Part shown: piece after piece, positions 25,820 to 33,322 of the stretch
Numbering within the stretch: the stretch's first letter is position 1
How the letters are laid out: every line of letters starts with the position of its first letter
DNA from: Candidatus Jordarchaeia archaeon
Lineage (GTDB): Archaea; Asgardarchaeota; Jordiarchaeia; Jordiarchaeales; Freyrarchaeaceae
Direction: 5' to 3'
Length of the DNA stretch: 34,076 nucleotides
NCBI GenBank assembly: GCA_018383835.1
Contig: JAHAWR010000003.1
Coordinates: 1 to 34,076, forward strand
The notes under the pieces: model-generated
What the model was told of the DNA's origin: nothing
Seen by the model: the letters and a program-made list of their open reading frames with translations, nothing else
Databases searched by the model: none
Made by a program: the position numbers and the translations under genes

Positions 25820-26356
25820 CTACTGCTGAGCACCCTTCTTAACTATGATCATTCTCGCCAGATCGGCGAAGGATTCGTTAACGTTCATGCCGGTCTTAGC
25901 ACTGGTTTCAAAGTAGAGCAGGTTCTGCTTTATGGCGAACTCGAGTGCGTCTTCAAGAGGGACAGCTCGAGGCAGGTCACGCTTATTCCCGATCAGAATC
26001 AGCGGTACATCGCCGCAGTGCGTTCTAACTTCCTCAATCCAGAATGGCAGCCTCTTAAAGCTTTCCATATTTGTTACATCGTAAACGCAGAGTCCGCCTA
26101 CAGCCCCACGATAGTATAAGGGTCTAATGTGGCTGAACCTCTCCTGCCCTGACTGATCCCAAACTTGAAACTTGACCGTTTTCATCCCCAAGGGAGTATC
26201 AACTTCGATATTTTTCACAGCAAAATCAACGCCCACCGTCATCTTATAACTTTCCTGGAATATGCCCTCACTGAAACGCCTTGTTATGGATGTCTTCCCA
26301 ACCCCTCCATCGCCCACTATTACAACCTTAAAGAGGAACGTGTAGCCCGTTGCCAT
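25820..26356 (-). CDS. Rab/Ras-like small GTPase (standalone, 178 aa)
   Basis: G1 GDGGVGKT, G2 T in MTVGVDF, G3 WDQSGQE, G4 NKRD, G5 ETSAK. Rab-family-like motifs VGVDF, YYRGA and VYDVT are present. There is no C-terminal Cys prenylation motif. Confidence 0.85.
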   Translation of the reverse strand: MATGYTFLFKVVIVGDGGVGKTSITRRFSEGIFQESYKMTVGVDFAVKNIEVDTPLGMKTVKFQVWDQSGQERFSHIRPLYYRGAVGGLCVYDVTNMESFKRLPFWIEEVRTHCGDVPLILIGNKRDLPRAVPLEDALEFAIKQNLLYFETSAKTGMNVNESFADLARMIIVKKGAQQ

Positions 26357-26490
26357 GGCCTTTCTCTCCCTCCTAACTTAGGGCCAATTTTACGTTCCAT
26401 ACGCTGCCCGAGCGACCTGGCAGGCCCCTTTTTTAGATCAACTAAGTACGAGGCATCTTATTATAATTTTTATTTCCTCCTTCCTTTCGC

Positions 26491-27183
26491 TTAGTATTGC
26501 TTTCTCTCTAGGACTTTGCCTCGCCCTATATAAGCTATTTTTGCCATTTCGACGAAAAGCCCGTTTTCGATCACGCCAGGTATGTTGTTTATCTTCTCCT
26601 CCAACGTTTTAGGCTGGTCTATGCGGGGGAACTTCGCGTCCAGTATAAAGTTCCCGTTGTCGGTCACCACTGGCCCAACTTTCCCACCTCCATAGCGGAG
26701 CTCAACCTTGGCTCCAAGCCTCACCAGCTTTTTCGCAACGGTCTTCCACGCTATCGGTATAACCTCAATCGGGAGCGGCATTTTAACTCCGAGAACCTCC
26801 ACAAGCTTCGAGCTGTCAGCTATGACCACCATCTCCTTAGATGAAGACGCCACTATCTTTTCCTGCGTCAGAGCCCCTCCCCTCCCTTTAATCAGGTTCA
26901 AGTTTGGATCTATCTCGTCCGCTCCATCCACGGTTAAGTCTAATGTAGGGTGCTCCACGAGGGACGTTAAAGGTATCCCATGGCTTGCAAGCAAGATTAC
27001 CGATTGATACGACGTCGGAACACAGAGCACTTCCACCTCTTCTTCTCTCACCCTAGATGCCAAAGCCTCTATGAACATTGCAACAGTCGACCCGGAACCA
27101 ACACCCAAAACCATGCCATCCCTAACATGCTTAACAGCAGCAAGCGCTGCAGCTTTCTTTTCCTCCTCCAGCACCATCCTCAA
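26491..27183 (-). CDS. rpiA: Ribose-5-phosphate isomerase A
   Basis: GVGSGSTV, VPTS, DGADEID, IKGRGGALTQEKI, VIADSSK. Confidence 0.9.
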   Translation of the reverse strand: MRMVLEEEKKAAALAAVKHVRDGMVLGVGSGSTVAMFIEALASRVREEEVEVLCVPTSYQSVILLASHGIPLTSLVEHPTLDLTVDGADEIDPNLNLIKGRGGALTQEKIVASSSKEMVVIADSSKLVEVLGVKMPLPIEVIPIAWKTVAKKLVRLGAKVELRYGGGKVGPVVTDNGNFILDAKFPRIDQPKTLEEKINNIPGVIENGLFVEMAKIAYIGRGKVLERKQY

Positions 27184-27213
27184 TTCTTCCTCCCTTTCTG
27201 AAAAATCTCCCCC

Positions 27214-27222
27214 TTTTAAATA
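27214..27222 (-). promoter_or_regulatory. TATA box candidate for rpiA
   Basis: TATTTAAAA on the minus strand, about 31-39 nt upstream of the ATG at 27183. Confidence 0.4.
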
Positions 27223-27313
27223 CCTTTCAATACCGGTGCGTCTCTGTATACTTGAGCCACATAATTAAGACGTTTCCTTATAAGCTGAGCCAAAAAGGCA
27301 GCTAAGGGGTTTG

Positions 27314-27405
27314 TGGAGCCCCGGCCGGGCTTTGAACCCGGGGCCTTCTCATTACCAGTGAGACGCTCTAACCAGGCTGAGCTTTCCCGCAAAGAGTACC
27401 GGGGC
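27314..27405 (-). tRNA. tRNA-Thr (anticodon GGT) with a roughly 14-nt non-canonical intron at the acceptor/D-arm junction; CCA encoded
   Basis: Minus strand reads GCCCCGG-TA-[CTCTTTGCGGGAAA]-GCTC-AGCCTGGTTA-GAGC-G-TCTCA-CTGGTAA-TGAGA-AGGCC-CCGGG-TTCAAAG-CCCGG-CCGGGGC-T-CCA. All four stems pair perfectly once the insert is removed. Confidence 0.8.
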
Positions 27406-27443
27406 AGTTCCTGGGGGCTCCAATCATTAAGGAAAATTCATCG

Positions 27444-27452
27444 ATATAAAAA
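27444..27452 (-). promoter_or_regulatory. TATA box candidate for tRNA-Thr
   Basis: TTTTTATAT on the minus strand, about 40-47 nt upstream of the tRNA 5' end. Confidence 0.35.
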
Positions 27453-27478
27453 CATTTTCTGAAGCTTTGGCGTGCGTT

Positions 27479-27488
27479 AAAATTATAT
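27479..27488 (+). promoter_or_regulatory. TATA box candidate for tRNA-Leu
   Basis: AAAATTATAT, about 31-40 nt upstream of the tRNA 5' end at 27519. Confidence 0.35.
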
Positions 27489-27518
27489 GAATTTTCATGT
27501 AATCTTTTGTGTGGCAAT

Positions 27519-27649
27519 GCGGGGGTTGCCGAGCTGGTTAAAACGCGGGGTCAGAAACTAAAGGCGCCGGACTTAAGATCCGGTCCCGCAGGGGTTCGTG
27601 GGTTCGAAAGAGGTTTAATGTTTCTCCTCCGGAAATCCCACCCCCCGCA
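27519..27649 (+). tRNA. tRNA-Leu (anticodon TAA) with two non-canonical introns (about 19-21 nt in the D-loop, about 27 nt in the T-loop); no encoded CCA
   Basis: GCGGGGG-TT-GCC-GAGCTGGTTAAAA[CGCGGGGTCAGAAACTA..]A-GGC-G-CCGGA-CTTAAGA-TCCGG-TCCCGCAGGGGTTC-GTGGG-TTCGAA[AGAGGTTTAATGTTTCTCCTCCGGAA]AT-CCCAC-CCCCCGC-A. It has the class II long variable arm. The acceptor, anticodon and T stems pair perfectly once the inserts are removed. Confidence 0.75.
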
Positions 27650-28019
27650 CTCCTCCAGAATGTCCTTGGGGGTTTTGGTTTAAACCTGCCGGGTAAATGA
27701 AATTTATACGGGTGAAGTTCTTAGGGAAATATTAATAACTTCGCGTAGGCTGGTGGCCATCGAGTGCACATTTCCGTTATCTGACTTCCATCTTAAGTAT
27801 AGAGTGCTGTGAACGTGCACGCCTCTAAGATTTAAGAAAGAGTTTCTTGAGGATGGTGATTCACCTTTCTCGCTTGTTGATGTTAAGTTTTCGATGGACT
27901 TGCTTAGTATGTGTAGAGTTTTTTCTTTATTTTAAGTGTGAGTTAGAGCGTTATCGTGGGGAACATTAAAAAGAAAAGAGCGACTGTCGGTTATTCGTGT
28001 ATGTCTATCGGGTGCGATT

Positions 28020-29201
28020 ATGAGTCGTAGAGTTGCTATTATTGGTTACGGGTGCTTAAAGATTGGTAAGTATGGTTCTGAAGTGTCCGAAAACGAGTTG
28101 TCCATTAGGGCTATAAAACTCGCGCTGGAGGATGCCGGGATTTCTAAGGAGGATGTTAACGGGCTCGTTACGACTCCAAACTATCTCCTGACGTTAGGCC
28201 TCCAGTTATCAGTGGTCTCGGAGTACTTGAGGATTTCACCTAGAGTTGCGGCTGAAATTGCTTGTGGCGGAATTGCCGGAGGCCTAGCGCTTAAGCATGC
28301 AATGAATGAAATAGCGCTTGGGCACGCGGATATTGTGGTTTGTTACGGCTCCGTTAAGGAATCCATACGCTTTAAGAACATCGCGCTGGTTGAGCCTGGA
28401 ATGGGCATTGAAATCTATGACCCTACAACTCAGCCCTATGCTGTCGCGGGCGTTATCTGGGCTTATGCATGTTCGGGTAGAAGGTACATGTACGAGTATG
28501 GTGCGACCGAGGAGCACTTCGCAGCGGCTTGTGTTAGAAATAGGAACAACGCTAGGCATAACCCATGGGCAGCGTTCACAACGCCAATCACTATTGAAGA
28601 CGTGCTGAAATCCCCCATTCTATGTTCGCCACTGAAGCTTTTGGACTGCTCGGCTGCAAGGGATGGTGCCGCCGCAGTAGTTTTAGCTTCAGAAAAGAAA
28701 GCTAGGAAAATAACTGATACGCCTATTTACATTGTAGGCGTCGGGGAGCACCACGATAACTCAAGCTTCATACCGACGGACAGGTGCGATAAGCCCATAA
28801 CTTCCTTCGTCGCCGCTAGGGAAGCCGCCCAGCGGGCATTAAAAATGGCAAAGGTAAGCGTTGACGATATCGATGTCGCTGAGCTTTACGCTCCATTCAG
28901 CCCCCAAGAGCTCATGCTTCCTGAAGATATTGGGTGGTTTAAGAAGGGTGAGATGGTCAAAGCCATAATGGATGGCTCAACCGAAATAGGCGGAAAAATC
29001 CCTATAAATACCGATGGAGGCCTCCTTTCCAGAGGGCATCCAGCCATGGTTACTCCAATATATGAAACGATAAGCATTGTGAGGCAGCTTAGAGGTGAAT
29101 CCGGAAAAGTTCAAGTTGACGGAGCTGAGATTGGATTAATACACTGTGAAGGCGGTATGCTCAACAACTGTATAGTCTTCATCTTCAGGAGAGGTGATTA
29201 A
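28020..29201 (+). CDS. Thiolase-family protein (archaeal acetyl-CoA C-acetyltransferase / SCP2-thiolase-like)
   Basis: 393 aa. EIACGGIAGG (nucleophile Cys region), DCSAARDGAAAVVLAS, C-terminal GLIHCEGGM. Confidence 0.8.
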   Translation: MSRRVAIIGYGCLKIGKYGSEVSENELSIRAIKLALEDAGISKEDVNGLVTTPNYLLTLGLQLSVVSEYLRISPRVAAEIACGGIAGGLALKHAMNEIALGHADIVVCYGSVKESIRFKNIALVEPGMGIEIYDPTTQPYAVAGVIWAYACSGRRYMYEYGATEEHFAAACVRNRNNARHNPWAAFTTPITIEDVLKSPILCSPLKLLDCSAARDGAAAVVLASEKKARKITDTPIYIVGVGEHHDNSSFIPTDRCDKPITSFVAAREAAQRALKMAKVSVDDIDVAELYAPFSPQELMLPEDIGWFKKGEMVKAIMDGSTEIGGKIPINTDGGLLSRGHPAMVTPIYETISIVRQLRGESGKVQVDGAEIGLIHCEGGMLNNCIVFIFRRGD

Positions 29202-29637
29202 GCTGTCATCACAGCCGGAAATAATCTACCTTCAACCAAAAAATCACGAGCCAACTTTAAAGTTTTGGGAGGGACTAAAGAACAGAAAGCTCCTCGCGCC
29301 CAGATGCGGCGACTGCGGCGAAATATTCTTTCCGCCTAGAGGCTTCTGCCCGAAATGCCTTTCTGAAAACATTGAGTGGGTTGAGCTCAGCGGCAAGGGC
29401 AAGCTTCACAGTTGGACTGAAATCCATTATTTAACCCCCAAGCCATACATACTTGGCGTTATAGACTTGGCTGAAGGCATAGGTAGAATGATTTCTAGGA
29501 TTGAAGCCGAACATAAAGAATTAAAGATAGATATGCCTATGAAAGTAGACTTCATCGACGTCTCAGATAAGCTAACTCTATTCATCTGGAGACCAGACAA
29601 AGTAGACTCAAAACATCAAAAGAGTGAATCCTTCTAA
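29194..29637 (+). CDS. DUF35 OB-fold / zinc-ribbon protein (thiolase-associated scaffold)
   Basis: APRCGDCGEIFFPPRGFCPKCLS followed by an OB-fold-like region (GKLHSWTEIH...). The GTG start overlaps the thiolase stop by 8 nt. Confidence 0.8.
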   Translation: MIKLSSQPEIIYLQPKNHEPTLKFWEGLKNRKLLAPRCGDCGEIFFPPRGFCPKCLSENIEWVELSGKGKLHSWTEIHYLTPKPYILGVIDLAEGIGRMISRIEAEHKELKIDMPMKVDFIDVSDKLTLFIWRPDKVDSKHQKSESF

Positions 29638-29748
29638 AACTCTCTTCACTTAGAAAAACCTTGCCCCCTCTATCTCGTGTGGTTTCCTATCGTGTTAAAG
29701 ACTAAAATAAGGCTCCTAATAAGATGGAAGTTCAGGCGATTAAAGCTT

Positions 29749-29790
29749 AGCGGCATCAACTTGCCGCTCGCTTAGAGTGCACGAGTTTTT
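29749..29790 (+). terminator. Hairpin plus T5 run downstream of the thiolase/DUF35 operon
   Basis: AGCGGCA-TCAACT-TGCCGCT (7-bp perfect stem, 29749-29768), followed by TTTTT at 29786-29790. Confidence 0.4.
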
Positions 29791-29924
29791 GAGAGCACAA
29801 AATGAAAGTACTTCGCTCTTAGGCTGGATCAAGTGATGGTTAATAATCACGCTTCAGGAAAAATGGGGGCCATATACCATGTGTCTCCACGCCTCTAAGA
29901 TACTCAGGACTTCTAGTGTTTTCT

Positions 29925-31700
29925 TTAGACACGTATTTTCTGGTTTTGTGTCTGGAGTTGCTGCTTGGTCTGCGAGAGTATGTCAAATATAGTTAATGCT
30001 ATTACCTTGGCAGCTGTTAGTAGCTCTTTTATCGATATCTTCTCGTTTGGCCTGTGTTTTTGTTCATCCTCTCCCGGCCCGAACGAGACCGCCGGGATCC
30101 CGTTTAACATGCATACTTTAGTCATCATAGCTTCATTTTCGCCCACTAGTTCCATCTTTTCTCCTGTCACTTCCTCCACGTTCTTCTTCAACATTTGCAC
30201 TAAGAATTGGTCCTGGTTGATCTCTGTCGGCGGCTCTGACAGAATTACCTCGAGTGACATCTCGACCCCCTTAACTTCCTCCTCCGTTTCCCTTATGATT
30301 TCCGTTAGACGGCTGATTATTTCCTCCTCCGTTATAGCTGGGGTGTACCTTATGTCTATTGTCGCCTCTGCCCTGCCAGGTACCATGTTTATTCCCGTAC
30401 CCCCCTGGATACTGCCTATGTTCATTGTTACCTCCCCCATAAGGGGATGAGGCGGTACGTCAAACTTGATCTCGGAGACTTTTCCTAGGAGCTTTATTAG
30501 CGCCTGCACGGCGTTTGCCCCCTCGTGTGGCTTAGACGCGTGGACGGTGCGTCCCCTGCAAACCACTTTAAGCCAGAGTATTCCTCTTTCTGCAACGCAT
30601 ATGTTCTTGCTTCTCGTATTCCCTCCAATTATTGCGTAGTCCACATTAATTTTTCTCTCTTTTAAGAGGTACTTCATCCCGAGCTCTCCGGCCGCCTCCC
30701 CGTCTGCCGCAGCTACGAGCAGCACTGTGCCGCCAAGCTGCAAGTTTAGCTTTTTGATGGCGTAAAGGGCAAGCACCATTGATGTTAAAGGACCCTTAGC
30801 GTCTGCGCTCCCTCTTCCTATCACGTAGCCCTCTTTTACTGTCGCTCTAAAGGGAGGGTAAATCCAGCCGTCCCCCGGGGCGACAACGTCGAGATGGGCT
30901 GCCAGCATCAGTCTTGGCTCTCCGTCCCCTAACCTACCCACGACATTTGTCCGCCCCTCGACTTTCTCGTATATTTCCGTTTGGGCTCCTATCCTGTAGA
31001 GCTCTCCCAGCACTATTTCGGCTACGCCTCGCTCCCATCCCGGGGGGTTAACCGACTGGGCGGATATAAGATCTCTCAGCAAGTTGATCGCGTAGTCCTC
31101 GCTTTCATCTATGACTTCTAAAAGTCGCTTTCTGAGCTCCGGCGTCACTTTTAATGGAACCGCCTTTGCCTCCTCCCTGATCCCAAGGATAAGTCTGGCG
31201 GCAGCTATGAAAGCCTCATCAACCTTAAACCTTGTTTTCGCACTGGTCTCAAAATAGAGCGCACCCAGTTTCCTCGCTAATTGTTCTGCTTCATGCCTTG
31301 GAACCCGACGCTCGTCAACCAAGTCGTGTTTGTTCCCTACCAACACTATTGGTATTTTGCCACATATGCTCGTGACTTCATCGTGCCACTTCTCAACGTT
31401 CTCGAAACTTCTCATGTTCGTCAGGTCAAAGACTATTACTCCGCCCTTCGCCTCAGTGTAGAAAAACGAGCGCAGGTGGGCGAAGCTTGGCTGCCCCCCC
31501 AAGTCCCAAAGCTGCAACGTGACAAGTTTGCCGTCCAAATCCACCTTATAAGAGGCGAAATCAGCCCCCAGGGTTGGGCGGTAATCGGTTGGGAAGCGGT
31601 TTTCCGTGAGAGTTAAAATAAGGCTTGTTTTACCTACACCACCGTCCCCAATAACGACAATCTTGAAAACATACTCTTCCTGCAATTTTTCTCTCCTCAC
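29925..31700 (-). CDS. Fusion protein: N-terminal Rab/Ras-like small GTPase plus C-terminal M20 (ArgE/DapE/CPG2-type) peptidase-like domain
   Basis: A single uninterrupted 591-aa ORF. GTPase motifs: GDGGVGKT, T in PTLGADF, WDLGGQ, NKHD, ETSAK. M20 motifs: AAHLDVV, GRGSADAKG, VHASKPHEGANAV, FGPGEDEQKHRPNE. Expected DEE reads DGE and expected GEPT reads GGNT. Confidence 0.85.
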   Translation of the reverse strand: MRREKLQEEYVFKIVVIGDGGVGKTSLILTLTENRFPTDYRPTLGADFASYKVDLDGKLVTLQLWDLGGQPSFAHLRSFFYTEAKGGVIVFDLTNMRSFENVEKWHDEVTSICGKIPIVLVGNKHDLVDERRVPRHEAEQLARKLGALYFETSAKTRFKVDEAFIAAARLILGIREEAKAVPLKVTPELRKRLLEVIDESEDYAINLLRDLISAQSVNPPGWERGVAEIVLGELYRIGAQTEIYEKVEGRTNVVGRLGDGEPRLMLAAHLDVVAPGDGWIYPPFRATVKEGYVIGRGSADAKGPLTSMVLALYAIKKLNLQLGGTVLLVAAADGEAAGELGMKYLLKERKINVDYAIIGGNTRSKNICVAERGILWLKVVCRGRTVHASKPHEGANAVQALIKLLGKVSEIKFDVPPHPLMGEVTMNIGSIQGGTGINMVPGRAEATIDIRYTPAITEEEIISRLTEIIRETEEEVKGVEMSLEVILSEPPTEINQDQFLVQMLKKNVEEVTGEKMELVGENEAMMTKVCMLNGIPAVSFGPGEDEQKHRPNEKISIKELLTAAKVIALTIFDILSQTKQQLQTQNQKIRV

Positions 31701-31882
31701 TTATTTTAATAGAAACCTAAGACTCATGGCTTTCTACGTGAGTAAGAAGGTATTCTCAATAAGAGAATCAACTTTGAATGTTAATAAAGTTTAGGAATTA
31801 ATATTCATAGCGTGAACTCCCTCCTCCTTACCCGCCCTTCACAGCAATTCCAAGTGGACACTATGGCACTTTTGCCAAGTGA

Positions 31883-32329
31883 CTAGAGATATATTCTTAG
31901 GTTGTCGTGCTCCCTGATTTTCCTCCATTTTTTAGAAATCCTAACTAGTTGCAGAGTCTCGAGGTACCCCGCTCTTTCATCAATATCTCTCTCAGTAAGC
32001 CACTTGGTCCTCAGGGATCCCTCCCCGCTTCTACCTTTCACCTTCCCCCTGAATGCGAAGACTACGGGTGCCGCCGGGTGGTCTACCTGCTGGTAGATGC
32101 GCACTATTCCCTGCACTTCCACGTCGTATCCTGTTTCCTCTCTCACCTCACGCCTTGCGGCTTCAACAAGATTCTCTCCCACTTTAACCTTTCCTCCCGG
32201 AAGCGCCCAGAATCCACTTCTCTCCTCTACAAGAAGGTATTTTCCTTCCTCCTCCACTATGACAACCGCTATCAGGCTCATAGGCTTACACACCTTTATC
32301 CTCTGAAGCATAACATATTTATGGAGCAT
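31883..32329 (-). CDS. NUDIX hydrolase
   Basis: Nudix box GGKVKVGENLVEAARREVREETGY. The track's start at 32461 would overlap the divergent gene and adds an Ala/Pro/Thr-rich tail. In-frame ATGs at 32329, 32311 or 32281 are more plausible. Confidence 0.8.
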   Translation of the reverse strand: MLHKYVMLQRIKVCKPMSLIAVVIVEEEGKYLLVEERSGFWALPGGKVKVGENLVEAARREVREETGYDVEVQGIVRIYQQVDHPAAPVVFAFRGKVKGRSGEGSLRTKWLTERDIDERAGYLETLQLVRISKKWRKIREHDNLRIYL

Positions 32330-32378
32330 TTTTATGTCATCGCTAAAGGGTACTTGAAAATTTAGCGGAGGACGGGTA

Positions 32379-33322
32379 GTGCTCGAGTTCGACATTGTAG
32401 TGGTTGGAGCGGGGCCCGCCGGGCTCGCGGCTGCAGCCTTCGCAGCTAGAAGGAAGCTCAAAACTCTGGTGCTTGAGGCTGCTCCAACTGCTGGAGGAAA
32501 GCCTGTTCTCCTTTACGCGAGTAAAATTGTCGATGACCTCATGGGTTTTCCCGAGGGAGTAACGGGCCTTGAGATAGGGCGCGCCCTCGAGCGCCACGCC
32601 AAAAAGTTTGGGGCCGAGATTAGGTGTAATTCAAGGGTGGTGGACATCAGCGGTACTGAGGGTGGTTTTTTCATATTGAGGGACGAGAATGGGAGGGAGT
32701 ACCATGCTAAGGCGGTTATCATAGCATTTGGCGTTCAGCCGCTCACCCATGTAGGAGTTGAGGGAGAGGACAGGTTTAGAGGGAGGGGTGTAAGGTATCT
32801 ATTAGAGGATCCCTCAGAAATTAGGGGAAAGAGAGTTGTTGTTGTGGGTGGAGGAGAAACAGCCGTCGAGTCCGCTCTCAGGGCTAGCGAGGTCGCCGCC
32901 TCGGTTGTGCTTGTTCACAGACGTGCCGTCTTGAGAGCAGATGAGTCCACTGTGGACCAGCTGGCAGGTAGAGTCGAGGTTCTCTATGACTCCATTGTTG
33001 AGGAGGTAAGGGGAGGGAAATGGGTGGAGGAGGTTGTGGTGCTAAACCGCAAGACGGGGGAGAGACTCCTGATAAAGCTGACGAGGTCATTTTTTGTGTG
33101 GGGCACAGTCCTGAAACCGACCTGTTGGAACGTTTGGGTGTGCAGCTCTCAGATAAAGGAGAGGTCATAGTAAATAGGAAGCAGGAAACTAATGTTCCCG
33201 GGGTTTTTGCCGCCGGGGACGTGACAGGAGGTGTTATGCGTATTTCGGCAGCCATAGGGGAAGGAGTTGTAGCTGCCCTAGGCGCTTATAACTATATAAA
33301 GAAGCCCTACTGGCGCACTTGA
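32379..33322 (+). pseudogene. Thioredoxin-reductase-like FAD/NAD(P) oxidoreductase lacking the CxxC motif, interrupted by a -1 frame change near 33056-33078
   Basis: N-terminal DIVVVGAGPAGLAAA and VVVVGGGETAVESAL are in frame 0 (stop at 33168-33170). The conserved C-terminus ADEVIFCVGHSPETDLL...GVFAAGDVTGG continues in the frame of ORF 33020-33322. Confidence 0.7.

Noticed and set aside
29965-30450. 161-aa plus-strand ORF
   Set aside because: Antisense to the M20 domain of the fusion gene, with serine-rich low complexity.
32330-32461. Long N-terminal extension of the NUDIX ORF (track start at 32461)
   Set aside because: The extension is Ala/Pro/Thr-rich, overlaps the start of the divergent TrxR-like gene by 83 nt, and lies antisense to its FAD-binding motif. 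Internal ATGs at 32329, 32311 or 32281 give a normal-sized NUDIX protein.
33069-33080. Programmed -1 ribosomal frameshift at CTG ATA AAG CTG in the TrxR-like gene
   Set aside because: The sequence is not an X XXY YYZ slippery heptamer: the P-site ATA to GAT re-pairing would fail. I saw no obvious downstream stem-loop either. A simple indel, possibly in the G5 run at 33056-33060, is more parsimonious.
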